The notes under the pieces were generated by a model that was not told where the DNA came from, ran no database searches, and saw only the letters and a list, made by a program, of their open reading frames with translations. From Saprospiraceae bacterium (GTDB lineage: Bacteria > Bacteroidota > Bacteroidia > Chitinophagales > Saprospiraceae), in assembly GCA_030729925.1 (NCBI GenBank), contig JANQWK010000060.1, positions 98,819 to 162,818 of the forward strand: 64,000 nt of DNA, read 5' to 3'. Shown in pieces: positions 28,271 to 37,620 of the stretch (the first letter of the stretch is position 1; the number at the start of each line of letters is the position of its first letter). The translations under genes were made by a program, and so were the position numbers.

Positions 28271-30076
28271 TTAAAGTTCTTCTTTCTGATCCTGCAAAAC
28301 CTTCCGGTAATGGCTGAAAATATGCGATTTGGATACAAAGCCTACGTATTTCCCTTGTTCCAGCACAGGTAAGTTCCAGGCTTCGTGCTGATCGAATTTA
28401 GCCATGACCCGATCCATCGGTTCGGTGACATCCGCAAATGCCGGCGGCCGATGCATGAGATCCGATACTTTAATCCGCTCGTAGGCACTGGTATCGAACA
28501 TCAACTCCCGGACATCATCCAGCAAAATGATGCCTTTCAGGGATTGGTCGGCGTCCACTACCGGAAAAACATTGCGTTTGCTGGATGCAATAACCCGGAC
28601 AAACTCCCCCAACGTGCTTTCAGGGGCTACCACTGTAAAATTGGTTTCCACCAGCGATCGAATCTCCATGCTTTTCAGGATGGTCAAGTCTTTTTCATGT
28701 GCCGGAACCCACAATCCTTGTTGAAACAATTCCCGGGTAAATATGGAAAAAGGTTCAAAGTAAGCCCCGGTAAAGTAAGCCAGCGCGGATACCAGCATCA
28801 GCGGCACAAAAAGGTTGTACCCGCCTGTGATCTCAGCAATCAGGAAGATGCCTGTCAGGGGAGCCTTAAACACCCCGCTCAGCATGCCTGCCATGGCCAC
28901 GACGATAAAATTAGAACCTTCCAGCTGCAATCCACCAACTTGATTCAGTACTTGGACAAACAAATATCCCAGCGTGGCTCCCGTAAACATGGCAGGAGCA
29001 AATACGCCGCCATTTCCACCAACAGACAAAGTGATGGCCGTTGCAAGTGCCTTGGCAAACAGCAAAAAGGTTAAAAACAGCAGAATAAACCACCAGCGAT
29101 CTCCCAGACCGTAAAACGGGCTATGGTTGAGCAGATCATCCAAGCGGGACTCCAGTAAATCGTTGACGGTGGCATAGCCTTCTCCAAAAAGCGGCGGCAT
29201 GAGAAAAATCAGCAATCCCAGAGATAACCCACCAAGTAAAAACCGATAGCTTCCCCGCTGAAAGCCGTTGAAATGAGAGCTGACATAGTTGACGGTGCGA
29301 ATCAGATAGACCGAGAGCAAACCGCACAACAATCCAAGCCCAACAAACCAGGGTATGTCCCCAATGCCCCAACTTACCTCCGGGAGAAAAAATATTTTTT
29401 GGTAAACCAGCACACTGGATACCAGAGTAGCAGTTACTGCAGCAATAATCAAGGGGATAAACGAATGCAGGGCAATTTCTCTGAGCAGCACTTCGAAGGC
29501 AAAAAGTACTCCGGCAATGGGGGTATTAAAGATAGCTGCCATCCCGGCGGAAGCCCCGCATGCCAGGAAGAGCGTCTGTTTTTTTCGACCTACCAGCAGT
29601 AAGCGGGCTAAATTGGCTCCAATGGCCGATCCGGTTCGAATAATGGGAGCCTCTAATCCCACCGATCCTCCAAAACCAACGGTCAAACCGCTTCCAATGA
29701 TGTGGCCGTACATATCTTTTGCCGGAAGGTTTACCTTTTTGCGGGATATGGCGTGGATCAAATTGCTCAAACCCGGCGTAAGCGTTTCTCCGAAAAGGAG
29801 TTTGTCGGCCAATAAACGCAACAATATCCCTGCAAGGGGAAGGATTACAAACCACAATTGCTCTGCATCGGGTTGTTGTCCGTGGAGCCAGTCTTTCAAG
29901 CCAAAAACAATTGATTTTAGCAGTACTGCACCCAAACCAGCCACAAGCCCGATAATCGCACTAACCAGCAGCAGGTAATTACGCGCTGCAATTCTGCCCG
30001 ACAACCATCGAAGTGCTTGGTTGAACCTGCGCCTCAACCGGACTTTAACCTGTCTTACTGCAACGGATGGAATCAT
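28271..30076 (-). CDS. ClC-family chloride channel / H+-anion exchanger with C-terminal CBS pair
   Basis: 601 aa and multi-TM. ClC selectivity motifs are GSGLT, GLEAP (gating Glu) and GGVFAP. The C-terminal ~140 aa have two CBS-like units (VFPVVD..., WNLPVLE...). Confidence 0.9.
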   Translation of the reverse strand: MIPSVAVRQVKVRLRRRFNQALRWLSGRIAARNYLLLVSAIIGLVAGLGAVLLKSIVFGLKDWLHGQQPDAEQLWFVILPLAGILLRLLADKLLFGETLTPGLSNLIHAISRKKVNLPAKDMYGHIIGSGLTVGFGGSVGLEAPIIRTGSAIGANLARLLLVGRKKQTLFLACGASAGMAAIFNTPIAGVLFAFEVLLREIALHSFIPLIIAAVTATLVSSVLVYQKIFFLPEVSWGIGDIPWFVGLGLLCGLLSVYLIRTVNYVSSHFNGFQRGSYRFLLGGLSLGLLIFLMPPLFGEGYATVNDLLESRLDDLLNHSPFYGLGDRWWFILLFLTFLLFAKALATAITLSVGGNGGVFAPAMFTGATLGYLFVQVLNQVGGLQLEGSNFIVVAMAGMLSGVFKAPLTGIFLIAEITGGYNLFVPLMLVSALAYFTGAYFEPFSIFTRELFQQGLWVPAHEKDLTILKSMEIRSLVETNFTVVAPESTLGEFVRVIASSKRNVFPVVDADQSLKGIILLDDVRELMFDTSAYERIKVSDLMHRPPAFADVTEPMDRVMAKFDQHEAWNLPVLEQGKYVGFVSKSHIFSHYRKVLQDQKEEL

Positions 30077-31023
30077 GATAAGCTGTGATCGGTTTTCTTT
30101 TGCAGGGTTTTCATATCGAAGTGCTTGTCAAAAAATTCGTCACACCACAAACACACATTGCCCAATTCGCCACACCTTCTTTCGGCATCCAGCTTACTGA
30201 TACCCAAAACCTCTCCCATAGCCCAGGGATCCCCCTTGTCCAGTGCCTGAAATACAGGATGGTCTGCTACCCTGGCCAGAATGTCCGCCACTTTTTGCGT
30301 GCGCGCATCTCCCATCGGTTCTTTTGTGCCGGGGCAACAAGGATTGACCGCCCAAAGCTGAATGGACACCTCCTGGGGGATATCCGGTCCACCGTTCAAA
30401 AAACCGATAGCTCCTGACAAAATACCACAAAAATTGTGCTGAGGATCTTGCTTCCAAAGGCCTTTTTCGTAAGCCCTGCCTCTTGCCCAATTGCCCCCCA
30501 ACCACATGTCTTCAGTGGCGCCCCAATAGCCCCAGCTCAGCGGAAAAGCGTGAAGGTAATTGTCCTTTTTTACCAGCGGATCTTTTTCTTCTCCATTTAC
30601 CCCTCTGGAATCAAACAGCTCTGCCAATTCGGTCAAACGAGCTCCGGCAGCCTTGTGGAAGCGATCAATGCTTGCAACATCGAAGCGGGTCACCCCCTTC
30701 GCAATCAACACATCTAAAATTTCTCCGGTCAGCAGATCCCCGTTGGTTTGCAACATAATCTGAGTAGTATTGCCGTATTTCGATTTCAAGGCATCGAGGA
30801 TGAGATACAATTTCTGTTTTTCCGCAAGGGGCTCCCCTCCCGACAAGATGATCCGATCCATGCTGTCCGGAAGGTTGTCAATGATAGCCAGACAATCTGC
30901 TTCAGAAATACGTGAGCCCTGTGGCCCGGAAAAATTGTAGCAATGATCGCATTTGTCGTTGCACAGCTGGGTAAACACCCAGTACACCGATGCTATATGG
31001 TTAAATTTATTGTTGGGGTTCAT
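30073..31023 (-). CDS. Radical SAM enzyme with Cys-rich C-terminal domain (family unassigned)
   Basis: ATG 31023 (MNPNNKF...), 316 aa. Motifs are CNDKCDHC (CX3CX2C, nt 30940-30963), ILSGGEPL (GGE motif) and LQTNG. The C-terminal part has six Cys (NFCG, NPCCPG, RRCGELGNVCLWCDEFF). Confidence 0.85.
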   Translation of the reverse strand: MNPNNKFNHIASVYWVFTQLCNDKCDHCYNFSGPQGSRISEADCLAIIDNLPDSMDRIILSGGEPLAEKQKLYLILDALKSKYGNTTQIMLQTNGDLLTGEILDVLIAKGVTRFDVASIDRFHKAAGARLTELAELFDSRGVNGEEKDPLVKKDNYLHAFPLSWGYWGATEDMWLGGNWARGRAYEKGLWKQDPQHNFCGILSGAIGFLNGGPDIPQEVSIQLWAVNPCCPGTKEPMGDARTQKVADILARVADHPVFQALDKGDPWAMGEVLGISKLDAERRCGELGNVCLWCDEFFDKHFDMKTLQKKTDHSLS

Positions 31024-31750
31024 GTTGCTGTAATTGTTGTATTCGAGTCCAAAAATCCAGTTCTTTACGGGCGCCGCTTTCGGGGGAAGCCAGGAAATCC
31101 TGAACCTGGTCAAACACCGTCAACTTCCCGCCTTTCAAGGTTGCCAGTTGATCTGCCGTCATCAGCGCTTCTTTAATATCGTGGGTGACAAAGATGGTTG
31201 TCATGGAGAAAGTCAGCCGGAGTTCCCCAAAAAGCACCTGCATTTCTTCCCTGGTTTGGTGGTCCAAACTGGCAAAAGGTTCGTCGAGCAAAAAAATTTC
31301 AGGTTCTATGATCAGGGAGCGTCCAAAACTGACCCGCTGTTTTTGTCCACCGGACAATTGATCCGGCATTTTATGCAACTGCGTATCCAGCCCCAGCCGC
31401 TGAGCGAGCTCCCCTACCCTTTCCCGAACAACTTTGCCAGGCAACCTTCTGATTTCCAAACCATAAGACAAATTTTTGGCTACGCTTAAATGCGGGAAAA
31501 GCAAGGGCTCCTGGCTGAGGTAAACAACCTTTCGCTGCGACGGTGGGATGTGTAGCATAGATTTTCCCGCAATTCGGAAATCCCCTGCATCGGGGGACTC
31601 CCATCCGGCAAGTAGGCGCAATAAGGTGCTTTTTCCAGAACCAGAGGCACCGGTCACACAAAGGGTTTTGCCTTTTTCCAGGACAAAATTCACCCCGTCC
31701 AGCACGATTTCGTTTCCATATTTTTTTTGGAAGTCCATGACTGCTATCAT
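31007..31750 (-). CDS. ABC transporter ATP-binding protein
   Basis: 247 aa with Walker A GASGSGKST, Q-loop, signature LSGGQKQR, Walker B IFLLDEP and an H-loop (VTHD). No C-terminal regulatory domain. Confidence 0.92.
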   Translation of the reverse strand: MIAVMDFQKKYGNEIVLDGVNFVLEKGKTLCVTGASGSGKSTLLRLLAGWESPDAGDFRIAGKSMLHIPPSQRKVVYLSQEPLLFPHLSVAKNLSYGLEIRRLPGKVVRERVGELAQRLGLDTQLHKMPDQLSGGQKQRVSFGRSLIIEPEIFLLDEPFASLDHQTREEMQVLFGELRLTFSMTTIFVTHDIKEALMTADQLATLKGGKLTVFDQVQDFLASPESGARKELDFWTRIQQLQQHEPQQ

Positions 31751-32517
31751 ACCTGCAAAGATAGTTTACCGACTACAATATAGCTAATCGCCCCCAGCAG
31801 CACCACCGGACTAACCAGTAGGATGGCAGCAAGGGCGGCTACGTGCGGATTGGCTTCGTTGAGGTAGTGCATTACGCCTACCGTTAGGGTTTGAACTTTC
31901 CCTATGCCAATCAGGCGAGTGATGCCATACTCATACCAGGAAATCAGAAAGCACTGCAACAGCGACAGTCCCAGCCAGGGTTTTGCCAGCGGTAAAATAA
32001 TCCCTGAAAGAGCCTGAAGCGGCCTTGCACCCAAAGTAATTGCCTGCTGGTACAATTGCCGAATATGCCGATTCCAAAAAGTGGACAGCAAAATATTGGC
32101 ATAAGGCACCACAAACAACAACTGGGCGATCCAAACGCCACCCGTGGAACCGCTTAGTCCAAAACGGACAAAATAGGTTTGCAGCAAAGCTCCAAAACTC
32201 ACCGGGGCGATCAAATACGGAAAGAATGACAAGGCCAGCCAGGTGCTTCTACCTGGAACCAACAGCAAAAAAGCCGAAAAGAAAAAACCTAAGCCGGTAG
32301 CCGTCAAACTAATACTGGTTGCCATCAACAGCGATAAGGCAAAACTGCTGGTGAGTCCCGAATAAGTCCCACCCAATCCGCTCCAAAATTCCAGGGAAAA
32401 ATGGGCGCGCAACAAGTCCGGATAAACCCAAAATTTAACAGCAGAAAGATACAGCAATGCCGCCAGAGGCAGCGCTAAAAATATAATTATCAGCGTATTA
32501 AGTGTTTTTTGCATCAT
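31747..32517 (-). CDS. ABC transporter permease (second membrane subunit)
   Basis: 256 aa, ~6 TM segments, binding-protein-dependent transport inner-membrane component pattern. ATGA overlaps at both ends. Confidence 0.85.
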   Translation of the reverse strand: MMQKTLNTLIIIFLALPLAALLYLSAVKFWVYPDLLRAHFSLEFWSGLGGTYSGLTSSFALSLLMATSISLTATGLGFFFSAFLLLVPGRSTWLALSFFPYLIAPVSFGALLQTYFVRFGLSGSTGGVWIAQLLFVVPYANILLSTFWNRHIRQLYQQAITLGARPLQALSGIILPLAKPWLGLSLLQCFLISWYEYGITRLIGIGKVQTLTVGVMHYLNEANPHVAALAAILLVSPVVLLGAISYIVVGKLSLQV

Positions 32518-33365
32518 AATATCCGATATTTTTTTATTCCACCGAATGCGAGTACCCCTGCCAGGAGAATATAGACCACCAGCATAGCATGTCCCTGAGG
32601 GATATCCGCCAGATTGAATCGCCCCAGTTTGTCCGTGATGTAGAGGGTCATTACCCTTGGGGAAGATCTGCCCAGCAGCAGGGCAACCTCGTAGGTGCCG
32701 ATCAAAAATATGGCATAAAGCCGAATGAGCAGTTCAGCTTTGCGCAACTGAAGGGGAATGTACACCCTGCGCAAAAACTGGCTCCGCTTGCTGCCCAGGC
32801 TCTGAGCTACCTGCCACAACGCGCCCATGCGCACTTTGGCAGATTGGTGCATAAACAAGAGGGCAAACAAAGGAAATACCAAAAAAACATGGGTAAGCAC
32901 CAAGCCCACACCGGGGAAGTCATTTACGATTACCGGAAAGGCTTCTATGCCACCTATCCAGCCCAGGTGAAAGGCCAGCCTGGACAAAAAGCCCGAAGGA
33001 CTTAGCAAATAATACCAGGAAAAACCCGCTACCAGGGGTGGGAAGGCCAGTGGTAATAGCAACCAACGACGCAGGGTGTTTTGGGAGCGAAGCTCGTGTA
33101 ACCAGGCTACTCCAAGGGCCAACGACAAGGATAAGGCCATTGAAATAGCTGCCACCAACAGACTGTACCCCATACTCCTCCAGGCATCGGTATCCTGAAG
33201 GAGGGTCTGCCAATGCACCAAGGTAAATCCTTGGGACAGTAGTCCTGTCAACCCCAGACTGTATCCCAAAGAATAGCCCAATCCGGCAAGCAGGGGAACC
33301 CCACAGATCAGCAGATACAGCGACAATACGCCTGCAAATTGCCACGATCTCGTTTGACTTTTCAT
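32514..33365 (-). CDS. ABC transporter permease (first membrane subunit)
   Basis: 283 aa, ~6 TM segments, EAA-like loop (AQSLGSKRSQFLRRVYIPL). ATGA overlaps at both ends. Confidence 0.85.
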   Translation of the reverse strand: MKSQTRSWQFAGVLSLYLLICGVPLLAGLGYSLGYSLGLTGLLSQGFTLVHWQTLLQDTDAWRSMGYSLLVAAISMALSLSLALGVAWLHELRSQNTLRRWLLLPLAFPPLVAGFSWYYLLSPSGFLSRLAFHLGWIGGIEAFPVIVNDFPGVGLVLTHVFLVFPLFALLFMHQSAKVRMGALWQVAQSLGSKRSQFLRRVYIPLQLRKAELLIRLYAIFLIGTYEVALLLGRSSPRVMTLYITDKLGRFNLADIPQGHAMLVVYILLAGVLAFGGIKKYRIL

Positions 33366-34591
33366 TGCTCCGACAAAACTTTTTTGCGAAAATCCTCAAA
33401 CAAGCGGATCATATAAACCGGATCTGGTTCCATCAGGGCTTTTGGAGCAAGTGCTGAGCGAGGAGGCACGTATTGCCGCTCCCCCACCTCTGACATTTTT
33501 TCCCGCCAGGGAGCATCCAGGCGATCCGGCGACAAGACCGTTCCGTCGCCCCAGTTCAGTGGATCCAACTTGGCGATTTGGGCTTCGGGACTAATCAGGA
33601 AGTTGCATAACACCATCGCGGCGGCTTTATTGGGGGCTTGTGCCACGATACCGAGGTAATGGGAATTCTGAATCGAACCGTAATCGGGCACAAAAGCGCG
33701 ACTACTTTCGGAAAACAAACCCTCGCGAACCTTGTTGTCCACCTCTGCATCGTTGTTGCTGAAGGTAAACCACAATTCCCCGCTTGCAAACAACTGGTGC
33801 ATTTGGCTGAGGCTGGCGGGAAAACTTTCGCCGCGGTTCCAAAAATAGGGCTTATTGCGATTGACAAACTCCCAGAGCTTTTGGCTGCTTTGAAGGTACT
33901 TTGACTCGTCGAAAGGCCCCTGAAGCGCGTCCCGGCCTCCGGCAAAATGGATCAGCCAGGATTTCAGCAGCGTCATTCCGGTAAAATCGTTGCTCAGGGT
34001 AAATTTCCCGGGATTTGCCCGAAGCCAAAGTTCCAGCGCCTCCAAGTCGGCCGGGGGAGTCGGAATACGGGAGCTGTCGTATATCCAGGCCATCTGGACA
34101 TTGCCCCAAGGGCACTCATACCCTTCGATGGGCTGTTGAAAATCGGTATGGATAAACGGATTATCCCAGTCAATCAGGCGGCTGTTGGGCAATCTGTCCA
34201 CAAAAGGCCCAAAGAGCCCCTTGATCTGCCGCAACTGGTAAAAGGTTTCTCCGTTGATCCAAATCGCATCTATTTGACTTTCTTTCCGTCCAGCCTCCAT
34301 TTCGGTCATAAGGGTACTCACAATGATGTTGCCCTGTCCTGAAAGAATATCGAGTTCGATACCGAAAGTGTCTTTCATAGCGGGCACCACAAAATCCCTC
34401 ATGTAACGGTTGATCATGGGATCGCCCTGCCACATCATCAGGGTGAGCCTTGTGCCACGAGCCTGAGCTTCCAATGCCTCCCAGGACTCAGGAAGTGCCG
34501 AAGAAGTCGCGGATTCCTTATCGGGACTGCAGGAAAAAGCCCAAACAAGGAGAAATAGCGGGGTAAACCATTTTTTCATGTGCTTATTCAT
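33362..34591 (-). CDS. ABC transporter substrate-binding lipoprotein (YnjB-like)
   Basis: 409 aa with the lipobox LVWAFSC. The periplasmic-binding-protein pattern (LTLMMWQGD...IDAIWINGETFYQ...W...) resembles the E. coli YnjB / thiamine-iron(III)-type group as I recall it. The ligand is unknown. The start is ATG 34591 or ATG 34579. Confidence 0.8.
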   Translation of the reverse strand: MNKHMKKWFTPLFLLVWAFSCSPDKESATSSALPESWEALEAQARGTRLTLMMWQGDPMINRYMRDFVVPAMKDTFGIELDILSGQGNIIVSTLMTEMEAGRKESQIDAIWINGETFYQLRQIKGLFGPFVDRLPNSRLIDWDNPFIHTDFQQPIEGYECPWGNVQMAWIYDSSRIPTPPADLEALELWLRANPGKFTLSNDFTGMTLLKSWLIHFAGGRDALQGPFDESKYLQSSQKLWEFVNRNKPYFWNRGESFPASLSQMHQLFASGELWFTFSNNDAEVDNKVREGLFSESSRAFVPDYGSIQNSHYLGIVAQAPNKAAAMVLCNFLISPEAQIAKLDPLNWGDGTVLSPDRLDAPWREKMSEVGERQYVPPRSALAPKALMEPDPVYMIRLFEDFRKKVLSEQ

Positions 34592-37580
34592 TAAAGAGGT
34601 ACCTCAAGGAAAACTGAAACTGTCTGGGGGGAGCTGCATTTCGACGAACAAAAACCCCTGCGGCAGCGGAGCCTGTTTGAATTTGGTTGCTCTGGGTAGC
34701 ATTGTTCGCATACCCGCTCCAATTATCCGCGTCGAGCAGGTTAAATACTTGGGCGGCCAGTTCGACTTTCCCGGATTTACCTGCAGCCAGGGTGTAGCTT
34801 GCACTCCAATCGAAGGTCACGGCTCCCGGCAGGCGATCGCTGTTGCGGCTTTCCCCGGGGTGGCGGTCGCTGTTACCCACGTACGCGTCGCCGAAAGACC
34901 TGCCATCGCCATTCAAATCGGATGTTCCGTACAAGCGTGCATCCGGGATACGGTTCACCGGCTGACCGCTCTGGATGAGGGAAGTCAGACTAATGCGCCA
35001 TTTGGAAGTTGGATACCAGTACAACAAACCATTGATCAGGTGTCGGCGATCGTTGATAGAAGGGCCCCATTCTGCCTCAAAATCATTGCCATCCATTGCT
35101 CTGAAATTGATATCCTCGGTATTGTTTTCCAGTTTAGACAGGGTATAAACCAGGCGCCAGGCAAATGCTCCGGCACCCCGCTCGCGCTGTATGGTCAGGT
35201 TGAGCGCGGCATACCGCGATTCACCGGCCGACTCTGTCATCACCACATTGCGGGCAGCGCCTCTTAGCACCTCATTGTTTACCAGGATATAATTCCCGCC
35301 TGCATCGGCGAAAACGGGTACAGGGCGGAGCTCGTCAGCTTCTGCTGCGCTCCGTACCACCACATTTGAAGGATCTAAGGGATGAGCTGCCGGTGCATTG
35401 AGGTTGCGCAGTCGGAAAAGTCGGTGCGAGCGGTTATGAAGCACATCAACATAGACCAATGTATGGGACGCTATTTTTTTCTGCATGCCCAACATCCACT
35501 GGTGGCTGTAGGGATTTTGGTACCCGGAGGGATTGAGAATGCGCAATTCATTTTGAAACAAACCATCCCGCTGATCCTGAAGATCCCCTGCTGCCGGCCC
35601 CTGCAGGTAATCCACCGCAGGCCAGCTTGCCACCAAATTTCCCTCATGGGTTACCGCTTCGATATCCGTATCGGCGGGAAGCAAGCCCTTTGTCACCAGA
35701 GCCTGGATTTGGCGTTGATAATCCCTGCTATTGGAATTGAACTGCAGTGCGTCGCTATAAATGGCATACAGGATTTTATCGTAGTACACCCCATAACCTG
35801 CTCGGAAGGTCGTATTGGCATCGCGTTGGTAATTGAGTCCGATGCGGGGCGCCAGGTTGTTGCGGTCTCCCTTTTGGGCTCCGCCCTTCGACAAATTATC
35901 GTAATCATAGCGCAGACCCAGATTCAGGTTCCATTTAGGGTGCAGGTTCCATTGATCTTCGATATACCCACTCCAGATTTGCTGGGTATGACCGAAAGCC
36001 CTTGGGCGGAGTTCCACTCCGTAAAACAACACCTGGGCATCTAAAGGCAGGTCAGTCGGTGACAGGTCAATGCCCCTGCCGGAATTTCTAAGGGTAGCCA
36101 GTTGATTATCTGTCAGTCGAACCACATAACTCCCATTGGGATTCCCCCCTCCAAGCAGGGAAAACCGAGAAGACTTCAGCTCCAGTCCTCCCCGAAGACT
36201 GTGGTTACCGCTTGTCCATTGCCACTTTTGCTGCAACTGCAAGGTATTTTCAGTTTCGTCAAACACATACCCGGGATGTCCCAAAACAGCCACCACCTGA
36301 GCATCCGGCCCCTCCACGGTCACATTCGGCTGGATATCATCCATGGGTTGCGCATAATTCCAGCGAAAGCGCCCGTAGAGTACATTAGTTTCCATCACCC
36401 AGTTGTTCGCCCGGTAGGAGTTTTTCCATGCGATATTGGTCGCAATTCTATCCTGTTGGTTGCCTGCGGAGGGAAACAACAATCCCCCTTCCAATCCCCC
36501 GCCCTGACGTTCTATACTTACCCACCCGGTATTGACCCGCAGGGCACTCTGCCAGCGAGGCGACCAATAATGATCCAATTTTGCCGACAGGTAAGTAAAA
36601 CTATTCCTTCCGCGCAATGTAGCCTGTATCCCCAGCGCATCGGCAGTCAGGGCATTATCCTTCAGGTCGGTCGTATGTTCGACATTCAAAAAGTAAAAAG
36701 TCTGGTCTTTTTTGAGGGGGCCACCCAGTGCAAAACCGGCCTGATGACGTTGAAAACCGTTTTTAACCAAGTTGCCCGACAAATCTCGTTGGGCAAACTC
36801 GGGTGTTCCGTCAAGGACAGGCCCCGGGCGGGTAAGGTAAAACCACTCTTGAAAAGGGGTATTGGTACCTGACTTTGAAGTAATATTGATGATTCCATTG
36901 GCGCTAAGACCGTGTGCTGCGCTGAAATTATTGGTCAGGGCTGTAATTGACCGCACAAAACCAACAGGAACCGCGAAGCGCTGCCCCCCGAGGAAATTTT
37001 CATTATTATCCATGCCATCTATCTGATAGCTCGTAAATAAGCTATTCGCCCCATTGATGGCAACATTGGGCGCCTCCGGAAAAAACCCTGTAGCCAGAGA
37101 AATATTGGGCAGCCGAAACAAAGCCCTGGAAATATCCCTGCCTTCCACGGGCAGCTCGGTCAGTTCTTTAGCGGTCAGCACAGAAGACACCTCCGCATCT
37201 GAACCATTCACAGCCAGGTATGGTCCGGCCGTCACCTGAACTGCTTCCAGGTTGAGGGTTTTATCCAGCAAAAGCAGCGAAACCGAAATCGTTTTGCCAT
37301 CGGCTAAAGCAATTTGGTTAACCGGGTCGGCCTGAAACAACATACTGGGCGACAATTCCACCGCATACAATCCCGAAGTAGAAAGACCCGACAAAAAGAC
37401 CAGCCCTTGTTTGTTGGAAAAAGCCTGCTCCCTAAAACCAATCGAGGGATTGCTGACCAGCACCAACTGATCCGACACCGGATTCCCCTGGATGTCAAAC
37501 AAGGTGATCTCAAGGGCAGACTGCGTATAGACATAATTTATATTCAGCACGATAAGTGCCATACACAACAAAAATCGCAT
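34584..37580 (-). CDS. TonB-dependent receptor with N-terminal carboxypeptidase-regulatory-like domain
   Basis: ATG 37580 (MRFLLCMALIVLNINYVYTQ signal), 998 aa. It has an N-terminal Ig-like domain (ITLFDIQGNPVSDQLVLV...GLYAVEL), a plug region (VSSVLTAKELTELPVEGRD...INGANS) and a long beta-barrel ending ...FQFSLRYLFNE. The track ORF is over-extended to 37805. Confidence 0.88.
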   Translation of the reverse strand: MRFLLCMALIVLNINYVYTQSALEITLFDIQGNPVSDQLVLVSNPSIGFREQAFSNKQGLVFLSGLSTSGLYAVELSPSMLFQADPVNQIALADGKTISVSLLLLDKTLNLEAVQVTAGPYLAVNGSDAEVSSVLTAKELTELPVEGRDISRALFRLPNISLATGFFPEAPNVAINGANSLFTSYQIDGMDNNENFLGGQRFAVPVGFVRSITALTNNFSAAHGLSANGIINITSKSGTNTPFQEWFYLTRPGPVLDGTPEFAQRDLSGNLVKNGFQRHQAGFALGGPLKKDQTFYFLNVEHTTDLKDNALTADALGIQATLRGRNSFTYLSAKLDHYWSPRWQSALRVNTGWVSIERQGGGLEGGLLFPSAGNQQDRIATNIAWKNSYRANNWVMETNVLYGRFRWNYAQPMDDIQPNVTVEGPDAQVVAVLGHPGYVFDETENTLQLQQKWQWTSGNHSLRGGLELKSSRFSLLGGGNPNGSYVVRLTDNQLATLRNSGRGIDLSPTDLPLDAQVLFYGVELRPRAFGHTQQIWSGYIEDQWNLHPKWNLNLGLRYDYDNLSKGGAQKGDRNNLAPRIGLNYQRDANTTFRAGYGVYYDKILYAIYSDALQFNSNSRDYQRQIQALVTKGLLPADTDIEAVTHEGNLVASWPAVDYLQGPAAGDLQDQRDGLFQNELRILNPSGYQNPYSHQWMLGMQKKIASHTLVYVDVLHNRSHRLFRLRNLNAPAAHPLDPSNVVVRSAAEADELRPVPVFADAGGNYILVNNEVLRGAARNVVMTESAGESRYAALNLTIQRERGAGAFAWRLVYTLSKLENNTEDINFRAMDGNDFEAEWGPSINDRRHLINGLLYWYPTSKWRISLTSLIQSGQPVNRIPDARLYGTSDLNGDGRSFGDAYVGNSDRHPGESRNSDRLPGAVTFDWSASYTLAAGKSGKVELAAQVFNLLDADNWSGYANNATQSNQIQTGSAAAGVFVRRNAAPPRQFQFSLRYLFNE

Positions 37581-37620
37581 AAAGGACAATTTTGATCCGT
37601 TCAAAAAAAATACAGGCAGA

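Noticed and set aside
28385-29978. Plus-strand ORFs of 229, 109 and 153 aa
   Set aside because: They are antisense to the ClC channel gene, which has clear selectivity-filter motifs.
30073-31113. RiPP-type precursor peptide next to the radical SAM gene
   Set aside because: I looked for a short ORF flanking the rSAM. Both flanks are occupied by overlapping ABC ATPase and ClC genes, so there is no free DNA for a precursor.
34578-37595. Plus-strand ORFs of 229, 220, 256 and 93 aa
   Set aside because: They are antisense to the TonB-dependent receptor gene and have no recognisable domains.
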